From positions 12,291 through 76,290 of the forward strand of contig JAIPJM010000012.1 of the NCBI GenBank assembly GCA_021734255.1: DNA of 64,000 bases, written 5' to 3'. The notes below the pieces were generated by a model, which saw nothing but the letters and a program-made list of their open reading frames with translations, had not been told where the DNA came from and made no database searches. The DNA comes from Fidelibacterota bacterium. GTDB taxonomy: Bacteria; Fidelibacterota; UBA8477; JABMPR01. The number at the start of each line of letters is the position of its first letter. The stretch's first letter is position 1. Shown here piece by piece: positions 29,301 through 39,376 of the stretch. A program made the translations under genes and the position numbers.

Positions 29301-29765
29301 TTGGCAGTCATGATTGTTTCGCACAAAACATTAAAGGTCCTCGCTGCCATTGTATGGTATTCCGGTCCTGCATTTCTTTTTATGAAGGGCAGCGACCTTG
29401 TGGGCGAAGCTCTGGCAATTCAACCTGAATCCTGTGCGCTTAGTCTATCCTGGTTACTGGGAATCTCTATTGGCATGGTTAAAACAAAGTTTGTCTTTAA
29501 TAAAGCGAACCGCAAGAATTTGGCTCGCATTGATGCCCTTGAGTCGCCTCGTCTCTGGCAGTTTTACCGGCCCCGGTTCTTCTTGTTTCTAGGCTTGATG
29601 ATGATGCTGGGTGCCGCTCTTTCGGGGATGGCACAGGGTAGTTATGGCTTTTTAGTCTCGGTAGCTGTTCTGGATATCAGCATTGGTACGGCACTGCTGC
29701 TCAGCAGTTGGCAGTTTTGGGTCTCGCGCCGGGCCTACGGTGCTACGATTGCTCAATCAAACTGA
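29301..29765 (+). CDS. membrane protein, function unknown
   Basis: Four hydrophobic segments. Follows the NMO gene. Confidence 0.45.
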   Translation: MAVMIVSHKTLKVLAAIVWYSGPAFLFMKGSDLVGEALAIQPESCALSLSWLLGISIGMVKTKFVFNKANRKNLARIDALESPRLWQFYRPRFFLFLGLMMMLGAALSGMAQGSYGFLVSVAVLDISIGTALLLSSWQFWVSRRAYGATIAQSN

Positions 29766-29775
29766 GCAAATTAGC

Positions 29776-30258
29776 TTACATAGTTAAATTATAGCTTGTG
29801 AAGATTGGAGCTACTCCAGTCACGCCTAATGAATGTTGTCTGCCGTGAGAAGCGAAGTAGTAGTCGTATTGCAGCAAGCCAAAAAAACCACCCCAAGCTT
29901 TTACATGGGTATAGAATGTAACGTCCCCGGTGCTTTTGTCCTTAAGCTCTGCGAATCCAGCGCCACCACCAAACAAGCCCATACTGAGCTGTAGATCAGC
30001 AAAAAACATATCATGTTTGGATGAACTCCTGAATCCTAATGTCACCCCGGGGAAACCCGGGAATGGAGAGTTCTCAAGGATCAAACCTACGGTTGCCTGA
30101 GGCCCAAAGAAAAACCCTTCTCCAAAAGTATATCCCAAGTGAAGGCCAGGGCTAAAGTAAGGATCTACCTTCATTTCCTCCTCAGCGCTCAGGTGCCCCG
30201 GTGGAATAGCCAGTGCAATGAGTAGAACCAGCTGTTTTATTCTGTGTGAGTTTGCCAA
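29776..30258 (-). CDS. secreted hypothetical protein (possible small OM beta-barrel)
   Basis: Signal peptide, alternating hydrophobic Gly/aromatic-rich strands. Confidence 0.4.
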   Translation of the reverse strand: MANSHRIKQLVLLIALAIPPGHLSAEEEMKVDPYFSPGLHLGYTFGEGFFFGPQATVGLILENSPFPGFPGVTLGFRSSSKHDMFFADLQLSMGLFGGGAGFAELKDKSTGDVTFYTHVKAWGGFFGLLQYDYYFASHGRQHSLGVTGVAPIFTSYNLTM

Positions 30259-30310
30259 ACGGTTCTTCCCCCCAAAAAATGATTACTGCCTTGAACTTAC
30301 TCTTAACATT

Positions 30311-30910
30311 CTAATCGAGTACGTTCAATCCACCATCATCCAGCTTTTGGGGACGACTCCAATAATTGTATTGGGGGGTCCACTCTTCCTCGCCCATACC
30401 AGCCAGGCCCAGCAAGCCCCACATGGAACAATAAAGATCACCGGGTCCAAATTCACAGCTGTTCTTTCTGTAGATTGTGTCACCCTCACGTTCGTATAGT
30501 ACCGCTCCCGGTGCATTCTTCTGTCCCGGGGTCACCGTCTGCTTCTGGATGTAGGTGTTACCACCATGGGAGGCGAGCTTGAATTTCCAGCCGCGGTCAT
30601 TTGCAAATTTGCGCTGCAGGTCGGGTGGGTCTTTAGAGACCAGGACCAGAGACATGGCTGACTCAAGGTGCGGTACAAAGCCATTGAAGCCGTCTGCCCA
30701 GAGGGTACAATAGCGGCACCCTTGTCCCATATTATGAATAAGCAACAACTTGTCATTCCCTCCAAAAAGCTCCAGGAGTGTTGATTCACCTTGCTGAGTT
30801 TCAAAGCTGTAGTTTGGCACCTCAATGGGCTGGCTTTCCTTGCGCAGGGCATTCAGTTTTTCAGTAAGCTCATAGATCTGACGTTCAAGTGCCATGATCT
30901 CTTTATTCAT
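30311..30910 (-). CDS. DUF899 thioredoxin-like domain protein
   Basis: N-terminal coiled coil plus thioredoxin-like core with CRYC motif (GQGCRYCTLWADG), as in the DUF899 family. Confidence 0.6.
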   Translation of the reverse strand: MNKEIMALERQIYELTEKLNALRKESQPIEVPNYSFETQQGESTLLELFGGNDKLLLIHNMGQGCRYCTLWADGFNGFVPHLESAMSLVLVSKDPPDLQRKFANDRGWKFKLASHGGNTYIQKQTVTPGQKNAPGAVLYEREGDTIYRKNSCEFGPGDLYCSMWGLLGLAGMGEEEWTPQYNYWSRPQKLDDGGLNVLD

Positions 30911-31011
30911 AATGATCCCTTCTACTTATGCTCTCATTCGAAATGACAACAAGCTGTCACACTTAAAGACTCCCCACATTGGTATGAAATTGTTTCCCTC
31001 AGACGGATGAG

Positions 31012-31374
31012 TTAATCCAGGTCGAAACCCCAATCCAACATCTGTTCCAGTTGCTCCGCATCGACAAGGACATGAATTCGGTCACCCCTGGGGCAGGAAC
31101 AGGCCTGGCAGACCTCCTCATAGGGATAGGTAACATCGATATCTTCAATGACCACACCTTCATTCTTAAAGAAGGCTTTAAAGATATCCAGTTGTTCGGC
31201 CTCTGAAAGTTGGGCCCACAGCTCATAGTTATTCCCGTTTTCTTCCAGCCACGCTTGTTCCCAATCATTGCCCAAACACTGGACCGGGTCGATTGACATC
31301 CAGATCAGCCCGCTTTCATCACATGCTGCGACAAACAGGAGGGTAAGAATGATGGCAGATATTTTCAGCTTCAT
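31012..31374 (-). CDS. small lipoprotein, unknown function
   Basis: Signal plus lipobox (FVAAC). Contains a Cys cluster, CQACSC. Confidence 0.45.
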   Translation of the reverse strand: MKLKISAIILTLLFVAACDESGLIWMSIDPVQCLGNDWEQAWLEENGNNYELWAQLSEAEQLDIFKAFFKNEGVVIEDIDVTYPYEEVCQACSCPRGDRIHVLVDAEQLEQMLDWGFDLD

Positions 31375-31480
31375 GTTGTGGTCGCAATCCTGAGTTAGGG
31401 TTCACTTACGCATGTAAAGGTAATACGGGAGACGAGGGTTTCACCACCACTCTTTTTTCCTGTGCGCGAGGAGGGGTCGA

Positions 31481-32110
31481 TTATTTAGGTCCAAGTTTTA
31501 GCTCAAACCCCAGCCCGGGGATCATAATGGGGGGGTCGTCAGAGGCGGGAAACAGAATGTTTACCTCAGGGATAAAACGGAAGCGATTACCAATGACGGC
31601 TCCGAACACCACATCAGTGGCCAATAATGCCGTTACGTCTTGGGAAGACGTGGATCCCAAGAGATCGATCTCACCTTCCGATCGGACAAACATTGGTTTC
31701 ACCCCTACATACCAGTGCTTCTGTCCGGCAATGAGCATGGGATACAATCCAACAGTTCGGTGTTTGGTTTCTCCAGCACCAGAGGTCAGGGTGAAAGTGG
31801 AATAGCCCACATCAAGGGACACGATGACCGGTTTCTGGATCAATTCTACCTTGGCATCTACGAAGAGCGCCAGGGGCATAAATAGTTTGGCGCCTACATC
31901 TACCCTGTCATTAACACCCAGGCGCAGACCCACCTCTGGCAGCAGACCTGCATTGTCTTCATCGGCTCCCAGAACGGAGGCACCTGCTGACAAGCTCATT
32001 TGGCCAGCATCCAGTGTATCAGCGCTCTGGAGCGTGGAGAAGGAGATACAGGATGTCAGCATGCTGGTGGTCGTGACAAGTAACAGGAACTGCCATAATT
32101 TTTGTTTCAT
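31481..32110 (-). CDS. secreted hypothetical protein (putative OM beta-barrel)
   Basis: Signal peptide/lipobox (LTSC), amphipathic strands. Possible 5' extension. Confidence 0.45.
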   Translation of the reverse strand: MKQKLWQFLLLVTTTSMLTSCISFSTLQSADTLDAGQMSLSAGASVLGADEDNAGLLPEVGLRLGVNDRVDVGAKLFMPLALFVDAKVELIQKPVIVSLDVGYSTFTLTSGAGETKHRTVGLYPMLIAGQKHWYVGVKPMFVRSEGEIDLLGSTSSQDVTALLATDVVFGAVIGNRFRFIPEVNILFPASDDPPIMIPGLGFELKLGPK

Positions 32111-32229
32111 TCTTTTCGCCTCATTTTGAAGTTAGCTCTCCTTTGGTTCAGAAGTCCTAATTTAAGGATTTATCTCCACAGCAGGAAATTTTCTATCCTC
32201 AAAGCTATAGATTCTCCTTAGTTTGAGGC

Positions 32230-33063
32230 ATGCCTGCATTTATTCGCATCCTACGCCCCTTGAACCTGTTTCAGGCAGCCCTGGCTGTTTTACTTACCAC
32301 AGCCATTCTGGGACAGTTACAGGACATAAACTCGCTCATTCTGCTCATGCTGTCAGTGATACTTATCAATGGGGCTGGAAATGTGATCAATGATATATAC
32401 GACATCGATATTGATCGGATCAACAGACCAGACCGACCGCTACCATCTGGACAAATGAAATTAAGCACGGCCCGCGTCTATATGTTCAATCTGTTTACGG
32501 TGGGTGTGTTCTGTGCGGCGCTGATATCCTTGACCACCTTCTACATCGCAGCCTTAGTAGCGACCCCCTTGCTTGTTGCCTACAGCTTCAAACTGAAGCG
32601 TCTGCCCCTCATCGGGAACCTGGTGGTTTCCTTTATGCTAGGTCTGGCATTCATTTATGTCGGATCCGCCTTTGGAAAGATCTCATCCACGTTGGTCATG
32701 GCCGCCCTGGCCTTTGGGTTTACGCTTATCCGGGAGCTGGTGAAGGACCTGGAAGACATGGAGGGTGATCAGGAATCAGATGCCAAGACGCTTCCACTGG
32801 TCTGGGGTGAGAAACGAACCTTGATCCTTACCGTCCTTATTATGGGGGTCTCAGCTATCCTCTTCCTGTTACCAAGCATCATTGGTTCCTACACTATGAT
32901 ATACCTGTGGATCGTCCTCTTTGGTGTTGATCTTCCTATGATTATTGCCATGTATTTACTTTGTAAAAGCCCGGGACGTAAGACCTACGGTCGGGTACAG
33001 CTTTTTCTGAAACTTGATATTTTTATCGGATTGGTAGCTATCTATCTGGGCTGGCCAGCCTGA
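32230..33063 (+). CDS. UbiA-superfamily prenyltransferase, DGGGP-synthase/ChlG-like subgroup
   Basis: NVINDIYDIDIDRINRPDRPLPSG (first Asp-rich motif) and KDLEDMEGD (second). 277 aa with ~8 TM helices. Confidence 0.8.
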   Translation: MPAFIRILRPLNLFQAALAVLLTTAILGQLQDINSLILLMLSVILINGAGNVINDIYDIDIDRINRPDRPLPSGQMKLSTARVYMFNLFTVGVFCAALISLTTFYIAALVATPLLVAYSFKLKRLPLIGNLVVSFMLGLAFIYVGSAFGKISSTLVMAALAFGFTLIRELVKDLEDMEGDQESDAKTLPLVWGEKRTLILTVLIMGVSAILFLLPSIIGSYTMIYLWIVLFGVDLPMIIAMYLLCKSPGRKTYGRVQLFLKLDIFIGLVAIYLGWPA

Positions 33064-33075
33064 CCCCCGCTTTGA

Positions 33076-33639
33076 TCAGCCCTTATCGCCAAGGAAATAT
33101 TTACGGTGATACCAGATGTATCCCATAAAGCCCCAGTAGCTGAGCAGGCTGATGACCAGGGCCGCCTTCGTGGCAATGTTGATCGTATCGACACCGCCAG
33201 AACCCAGGAGGTTACCATATTTTGACATGAGGGTCGCGGTTTCCGATTCCACGAAAAGATTGATGATCTTATCCACAGAATAGACCCCCGTTCCGATCCA
33301 TAATACCCAGTAAGACCAGGGCTTGGCCACAAACAGACCTATACCCATACCGAAGTAAACGATGAGGAAGATCAAGTGGTAGAGAATGGCTACGGTGCCG
33401 TGTTGTGGAGAACCAAAGATCTGGGCGCCTGAGTTGAGAGCCAGCGCCTCACTGATACCAGATATCAGGAAGAAGACAGCTGCAAATCGGGCCGTAAATT
33501 TAACACCCCGATATTGATCATTCCTGGGTGCAGTGTTCTCGGAAGGGTGAATCCAGGTGCCATTCTGATTCATGGCTGAGCAATAGCGACAGACGCGGGC
33601 ATCGTCCTGAATTTCTTCGGCACAGTAGGGACATTTCAT
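33076..33639 (-). CDS. zinc-ribbon membrane protein, unknown function
   Basis: N-terminal CPYC...CRYC zinc ribbon followed by 4 TM helices. Confidence 0.5.
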   Translation of the reverse strand: MKCPYCAEEIQDDARVCRYCSAMNQNGTWIHPSENTAPRNDQYRGVKFTARFAAVFFLISGISEALALNSGAQIFGSPQHGTVAILYHLIFLIVYFGMGIGLFVAKPWSYWVLWIGTGVYSVDKIINLFVESETATLMSKYGNLLGSGGVDTINIATKAALVISLLSYWGFMGYIWYHRKYFLGDKG

Positions 33640-33866
33640 AGCGATTTCCTCACAATGGTTCCCAAGTTAATGCAAGTGCTCTGAATGTCATTCGTTGATT
33701 TTCAGGGGAGCTTGTCTATTATTATTGACGGTGATTTGCCTATGTGCGAATAAGAACTATACTATTGGTGTCTGACCTTTTAAAGGGGCAGATACGGAAC
33801 CTTGGCCTTCGCCAGGCTTTCAAGACCGTATGAATGATGAACTGAATAAGACCATAAGGAGTTAAT

Positions 33867-34298
33867 ATGGCTATTACTAGAAAAGCTTCCGCCGTATGGC
33901 GTGGGGGTTTAAAAGATGGAAATGGTGAAGTCTCTACAAGCACCGGTGTTCTGAACAACACCCCGTACAATTTTAATATGCGATTTGCTGATGAGCCGGG
34001 CACTAACCCGGAGGAGCTTATTGCTGCCGCTCATGCTGCTTGTTTTGCCATGGCCCTATCCGGACAGCTGGATAACGCAGACCTGAAGGCTGAGAGCCTG
34101 AGTGTCACGGCCAAGGTGAAGATGGAAAAGACCGATGACGGTATGACCGTAACGGAATCAAACCTTGAGCTAGTCGCCCGAATTCCTGGCGCCAGCGAAG
34201 ACGCTTTCAACACTGCCGCCGCTAATGCCAAAGCTGGTTGTCCCATATCACGCTTGTTGAATTGCGAGATCAACCTTGAGTCTCGTTTAGAGAGTTGA
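33867..34298 (+). CDS. OsmC/Ohr family peroxiredoxin
   Basis: 143 aa. OsmC fold motifs with conserved cysteines (AAHAACF, KAGCPIS). Confidence 0.85.
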   Translation: MAITRKASAVWRGGLKDGNGEVSTSTGVLNNTPYNFNMRFADEPGTNPEELIAAAHAACFAMALSGQLDNADLKAESLSVTAKVKMEKTDDGMTVTESNLELVARIPGASEDAFNTAAANAKAGCPISRLLNCEINLESRLES

Positions 34299-34572
34299 TG
34301 TCCTGTGGAGTTTGAGTATAAGCCGAGGCAAATGCTTCGGCTTATCTCTCGCCGATTCAAAGCGCTGCTCCTCCCTGTTTTCGCTTGCGACATGTTGTCT
34401 GGTCGCTCGTTGTTTGACCCTCTGAAATTGTGACTGGATGTCTACCCAATATCTCACCCTTGATCAAACTTATTTAAACTCAACATTTTTTTTGACCAAG
34501 TGAACCTTATCTTGGGTGACCTTTTGTTCGGGGGCAGAGGCTAAATTTTAACTTCTGGAGATCAACTGACCC

Positions 34573-37500
34573 GTGGCTGAATTCGTCCACCTTCATAATC
34601 ATTCCCACTATTCACTTCTGGATGGCGCCGCCCGCGTTGACCAGATTATTGCCAAGCTATCTGAGCTTGATCAGAAGAGCTTTGCCCTTACGGATCACGG
34701 TAACATGTTTGGGGCTGTTGAGTTCTTCAAAAAGGCCAAAGCTGCCAATATCAAGCCCATCATTGGCATGGAGGCCTACGTCTCTCCCGGTGCTCATACA
34801 GAAAAACGTACCTACAATGAGGGTAAAAGGGCCTACCACCTGGTTATGCTGGCAAAGAATGAGACGGGTTACCGCAATCTGCTCAAATTGACCTCCTTGG
34901 CCTATTTGGATGGCTTTTATTTTAACCCTCGGGTCGATAAGGATCTGCTAAGGAAACATTCTGAGGGGATTGTTGCTACTTCCGCCTGTCTCAGTGGACA
35001 GGTCAACTATCATGCAGCCCGTGGCGACTATGATCGCGCCAGAGAACAGGCGATTGAATACGATGAAATTTTTGGTCGGGGTAACTTCTACCTTGAGCTT
35101 CAGCGTCACTTTACCCTGAATGGGAGTGAACTGGAGATGGAGGCCGTCTCCCGCGAGGTCATGAAGAAGGTGTCCAAAGACACCGGTATACCACTGGTAG
35201 CTACCAACGATGCCCACTATGTGAGTGCCGCACATCATGAAGCCCACGATGCTCTTATCTGTATCGGTCGAGGTAAATTCATCAGTGACACTCAGCGGAT
35301 GAAGTATGACACCAAGGACATCTACATTAAAAGTGCTGAAGACATGGTGGAACTATTCAAGGACGTTCCCGAGGCCATCGAAAACACGCTGAAAATAGAT
35401 GAAATGTGTCAGTTCAACCTGGAAACAGGTGTGAACCATATGCCTGAGTTTCCGATCCCTGAGGGCTTGTCACTGAATGACCACCTGGACAATGTGACAC
35501 GAGAAGGACTCGATCGACGTGTCAAGAATGTCGACTCCCAGTACACCGAACGCCTTGAATATGAGCTTGATGTGATCAAAAAGATGGGATTCCCTGGCTA
35601 CTTTCTCATTACCCATGATTTTGTCCAGTATGCCAAACAGAATCGCATACCGGTTGGTCCTGGCCGTGGATCTGCTGCAGGTAGCCTGGTGGCATATTCC
35701 CTGGGAATCACCGATCTGGACCCCCTTCAATACAACCTGCTTTTTGAACGCTTCCTGAATCCGGATCGTATCAGCATGCCTGATATTGACATTGACTTCT
35801 GCTACGACCGTAGAGAAGAAGTCATCGATTATATGCGTCATCGTTTCGGTGAAGACTCGGTCACCCAGATCATTACTTTCAACAAATTGAAGGCCCGGGC
35901 TGTCATCCGTGATGTGGGGCGCGTGCTGGAAATTCCCATTAAGGAAACTGACCGGATCGCCAAGCTGGTCCCTGAAGAACTGGGTATCAAGCTGCCCCAG
36001 GCCTTGAAAAAGAGCCCGGAATTAAAGCAGGCCTCTGAACAGGATGTGGTTCACGAGAAACTGTTTAACTTTTCCCAGGTCCTGGAAGGCATGAATCGCA
36101 ATGCCGGTAAACACGCCGCCGGTCTGGTTATCGCTCCAGGAAAACTCACAGACTATATCCCGCTTTATAAGTCACCCAAGGACGGCACGGTTACCTCGCA
36201 ATACGATATGAAAGCCATTGAAGATGTCGGCCTGATCAAGTTTGACTTCCTCGGTCTGCGCACCTTGACTGTCATCCAGGAAGCCATCGACCTGATCCAT
36301 GAGTTCAGGGGTGAAACCATAGACATCAATACCATTCCCATGGATGACAAAGCGGTTTACAAGCTATTTGCTGATGGTTTGACCATCGGGCTATTCCAGT
36401 TTGAATCCACGGGCATGCGTGAGTATCTGAAAAAATTAAAGCCAACGGCTCTTGGCGACCTCATTGCCATGAATGCCCTGTATCGACCGGGTCCCATGGG
36501 CAACATCAACGATTTCATTGATCGTAAACATGGAAAGCAGAAGGTGACCTACCTCCATCCCCTCATGGAGGATATCCTCAAAGAGACCTATGGTATCATT
36601 GTCTACCAGGAACAGGTCATGCAGCTCGGATCCGTCATTTCAGGGTTTTCACTCTCCAAAGCTGATCTCATGCGCCGTGCCATGGGTAAAAAGATCAAAG
36701 CCCTCATGGATGAAATGAAGGGCGAATTCATTTCAGGTGCCAAAAAGAATAATATCAATGAAAAGCTGTCCTCCCAGATCTGGGACCTGATCGAGAAATT
36801 TGCCCAGTATGGCTTCAACAAAAGCCACTCAGCTGCCTATTCGGTGATCGCCTATCAGACGGCTTACCTGAAAACGCATTATCCAGTGGAATTCATGGCT
36901 GCTAACTTGAGCTCGGAAAAAGACAACACGGATAAGATCCAGATGCTCCTGGCCGAATGCCGCAAACTGGGTATCACGGTTAAGCCACCCGATGTGAATA
37001 GCAGCAATGTCCGCTTCTCTCCTGGTGAGAATAAAAGCATTCTCTACGGATTGAATACGATCAAGAAGGTGGGCTCCAAAGCCGCCGAGGCTATTATGGA
37101 AGAGCGTCGGGCGAATGGTCCTTTTGAGTCGATCTTCGATTTTTGCAGCCGCGTGGACTCCCATAATCTCAACAAGGGTGTCATCGAAGCCCTGGTAGGT
37201 TCCGGTGCCATGGATACACTTCCTGGTGCCCGTTGGGAAAAGTTTATGAGTGTTGAGGATGCGGTCCATCATGGTCAACGGGTACAGACCCTGAAGAACA
37301 CCAACCAAACCGACCTTTTTGGTGGCGGTGACGGTATTATGATCAAGGAGCCTGAACTCAGTGAAGCACCATCCTGGAACAACATGGATATGCTGAACCG
37401 GGAGCGGGACTATGTGGGATTTTATCTCACGGGTCATCCTCTGGAAGGCTACGAAAGTGAGATCCAGTCTTTTTCAAATATAAATCTCCTCGATCTGGCG

Positions 37501-38013
37501 GCAGTCCGGGATGAGCAGGATGTTCGTGTGGGTGGAATTATTTCAGCGATGAAGATCCACTACGATAAACGTAATAATCAGATGGCCTTTTTTACCTTGA
37601 ATGGCCTGGATGGATCCATCGACGCCCTGACCTTCTCAGATCCCTATTCCAAATTCAAAGAGTACGTCACGAACGATTCGCTGGTGTTTGTTGAGGGTAA
37701 GATCTCAAAGCGAAGCGATGATGATGTGAAGGTTCTGGTAAATAAGGTCTTACCTATTCAGGAAGCCCAAAGCGATTACGCTCGCGAAGTTCACATCGCC
37801 TTTGATCCTGCCGTAATCAATAGTTCAGACCTGGAGACGGCCAAGGATCTGGCTCGCCGATATTCCGGGGCGTGCGACCTTGTCTTTCACTTGAAGGAAA
37901 AGGGGAACGGTGATCGGCTGATGGTCGCTCGAAATATCCGCGTTTCAGCCAACCGCACCTTTATCCTGACGCTCCGTGAAACCTTTGGGGAAGACAACGT
38001 CTGGGTGAAATAA
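34573..38013 (+). CDS. dnaE: DNA polymerase III alpha subunit
   Basis: GTG start. PHP domain FVHLHNHSHYSLLDGA. 1146 aa full-length DnaE similarity. Confidence 0.95.
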   Translation: MAEFVHLHNHSHYSLLDGAARVDQIIAKLSELDQKSFALTDHGNMFGAVEFFKKAKAANIKPIIGMEAYVSPGAHTEKRTYNEGKRAYHLVMLAKNETGYRNLLKLTSLAYLDGFYFNPRVDKDLLRKHSEGIVATSACLSGQVNYHAARGDYDRAREQAIEYDEIFGRGNFYLELQRHFTLNGSELEMEAVSREVMKKVSKDTGIPLVATNDAHYVSAAHHEAHDALICIGRGKFISDTQRMKYDTKDIYIKSAEDMVELFKDVPEAIENTLKIDEMCQFNLETGVNHMPEFPIPEGLSLNDHLDNVTREGLDRRVKNVDSQYTERLEYELDVIKKMGFPGYFLITHDFVQYAKQNRIPVGPGRGSAAGSLVAYSLGITDLDPLQYNLLFERFLNPDRISMPDIDIDFCYDRREEVIDYMRHRFGEDSVTQIITFNKLKARAVIRDVGRVLEIPIKETDRIAKLVPEELGIKLPQALKKSPELKQASEQDVVHEKLFNFSQVLEGMNRNAGKHAAGLVIAPGKLTDYIPLYKSPKDGTVTSQYDMKAIEDVGLIKFDFLGLRTLTVIQEAIDLIHEFRGETIDINTIPMDDKAVYKLFADGLTIGLFQFESTGMREYLKKLKPTALGDLIAMNALYRPGPMGNINDFIDRKHGKQKVTYLHPLMEDILKETYGIIVYQEQVMQLGSVISGFSLSKADLMRRAMGKKIKALMDEMKGEFISGAKKNNINEKLSSQIWDLIEKFAQYGFNKSHSAAYSVIAYQTAYLKTHYPVEFMAANLSSEKDNTDKIQMLLAECRKLGITVKPPDVNSSNVRFSPGENKSILYGLNTIKKVGSKAAEAIMEERRANGPFESIFDFCSRVDSHNLNKGVIEALVGSGAMDTLPGARWEKFMSVEDAVHHGQRVQTLKNTNQTDLFGGGDGIMIKEPELSEAPSWNNMDMLNRERDYVGFYLTGHPLEGYESEIQSFSNINLLDLAAVRDEQDVRVGGIISAMKIHYDKRNNQMAFFTLNGLDGSIDALTFSDPYSKFKEYVTNDSLVFVEGKISKRSDDDVKVLVNKVLPIQEAQSDYAREVHIAFDPAVINSSDLETAKDLARRYSGACDLVFHLKEKGNGDRLMVARNIRVSANRTFILTLRETFGEDNVWVK

Positions 38014-38090
38014 GCCCCTCTCATGCAGTTTTAAATTCAAAGTTAGAAGTTAAAAATTCTTATCTGGAGCCTCAAACCACAAGGCCCCTT

Positions 38091-38306
38091 TTAAGTTTTA
38101 CTTACTGAGTCTTCATCATTAAATAGAAACAACTCCTCAATCGCCACATGAAAGACCTGGGCGATGTCATAAGCCAATTTCAGAGAAGGATTGTATTTCC
38201 CTTGCTCAAGAAAAACGATGGTTTCCCTGCGGACGCCAACTCGCTTTGCAAGGTCCTCCTGGGTCAAGGAGTCTCTTGCTCTTAGCTCCTTAATCCTTGT
38301 TCTCAA
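38091..38306 (-). CDS. XRE-family helix-turn-helix transcriptional regulator
   Basis: [39 protein letters not shown] is a classic Cro/C1 HTH. Confidence 0.8.
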   Translation of the reverse strand: MRTRIKELRARDSLTQEDLAKRVGVRRETIVFLEQGKYNPSLKLAYDIAQVFHVAIEELFLFNDEDSVSKT

Positions 38307-38703
38307 AGCCTACTCCATTTCTCGAGTAGTAGAACCAGAAGCCCATGAACAAGGCGCCCATCGCGAACATGCCTATCCCGATGGGAACGATAGGATTGAA
38401 ATTCATGTTCATGCTGATGATCGCAATGAAGGCCCACATGTAGTAGCTTATCCCGAAAGCTTTTGCTTCTGCCTTCTGTTTGATCATGTCGCTGAGCTCG
38501 TCATCGGCAGGGAGCCCCAATTTTTCATTTCTGAGCCGCGCCCTGATAATAGGGATGCTGGCCACAACAATGAAAATTACAAAAATCGCTACCCCAATGT
38601 CAAAAGCAGTGAGCTCTGCCTTGCTGGTGTAGAGCATGAAGCCAGCGAAAAAGGTAACGGCCCCTGCCAGCATAGCGATAGTCAGTGTTTTAGTTTTGTT
38701 CAT
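38290..38703 (-). CDS. small membrane protein co-transcribed with XRE regulator (DUF2178-like)
   Basis: AAGGAGG RBS upstream of ATG 38703. Four TM helices. Overlaps the XRE start by 17 nt. Confidence 0.55.
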   Translation of the reverse strand: MNKTKTLTIAMLAGAVTFFAGFMLYTSKAELTAFDIGVAIFVIFIVVASIPIIRARLRNEKLGLPADDELSDMIKQKAEAKAFGISYYMWAFIAIISMNMNFNPIVPIGIGMFAMGALFMGFWFYYSRNGVGFENKD

Positions 38704-38718
38704 AGCATACCTCCTTAA

Positions 38719-38778
38719 TGCTTGTTAGAAATATACAACACAATGTTAGATATATGCAACATATTTTTGTTAGAAAAT
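38719..38778. promoter_or_regulatory. three direct repeats tTGTTAGAaATAT upstream of XRE-membrane operon (putative operator)
   Basis: TGTTAGA at 38723, 38744 and 38768 with 21 and 24 nt spacing, in the AT-rich divergent region between the XRE operon and dtd. Confidence 0.3.
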
Positions 38779-38847
38779 TATTAACAATATTTTTGACATA
38801 AGCTTTTTATAGCTATTAGAGGCAATTTTGTGTATGATGCCAGTGCT

Positions 38848-39321
38848 ATGATCGCCGTGATACAGAGAGTGAGCGAAGGTGAAGTCCGGATCAAAGGAAA
38901 ATCCCGCGGAAAGATCGGGCAGGGCTTTGTCATCCTCCTCGGTGTGGCTGACGATGATCAGAAACAAGATGCGGAATGGCTGGCCGACAAGATCGTCAAC
39001 ATGCGTATCTTTGAGGATGCCAATAACAAAATGAATCTCTCACTCAGGGACGTGGAGGGCCGTGTTCTGGTTATTTCCCAATTCACCCTCCTCGCTGACT
39101 ACAAGCGGGGACGTCGACCGGGGTTTACCCGGGCCGCTAAACCGGAGTTGGCCAATGAGCTGTACGAATATTTCATGGATCAACTCTGGATGAAAGATAT
39201 CCAGGTGGAAAAAGGTGAATTCCGAACTGAAATGCAGGTTCACATCATGAATGAAGGACCGGTTACCATGGTGCTTGACAGCACCGTCAAATTTCCCCGA
39301 GAACCAGGAGACCCGGCCTGA
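38848..39321 (+). CDS. dtd: D-aminoacyl-tRNA deacylase
   Basis: MIAVIQRVSEG...QFTLLADYKRGRRP matches Dtd (E. coli MIALIQRV...). An upstream in-frame GTG at 38830 is the alternative start. Confidence 0.9.
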   Translation: MIAVIQRVSEGEVRIKGKSRGKIGQGFVILLGVADDDQKQDAEWLADKIVNMRIFEDANNKMNLSLRDVEGRVLVISQFTLLADYKRGRRPGFTRAAKPELANELYEYFMDQLWMKDIQVEKGEFRTEMQVHIMNEGPVTMVLDSTVKFPREPGDPA

Positions 39322-39325
39322 GCTT

Positions 39326-39366
39326 GTCATCCTGAGGCTCTCGAAGGACAAAGCGAAGGCAATCTA
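39326..39366. repeat. solo/degenerate half-copy of the GTCATCCTGAG repeat family
   Basis: GTCATCCTGAGGCTCTCGAAGGACAAAGCGAAGGCAATCT shares the core, CGAAGG and the GCGAAGG.AATCT blocks with the 3892 and 40847 elements. Confidence 0.4.
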
Positions 39367-39376
39367 AGGTAAAACA

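Noticed and set aside
36829-37437. 202 aa minus-strand ORF inside dnaE
   Set aside because: It lies entirely within the DnaE coding frame on the opposite strand. dnaE is full-length and uninterrupted.
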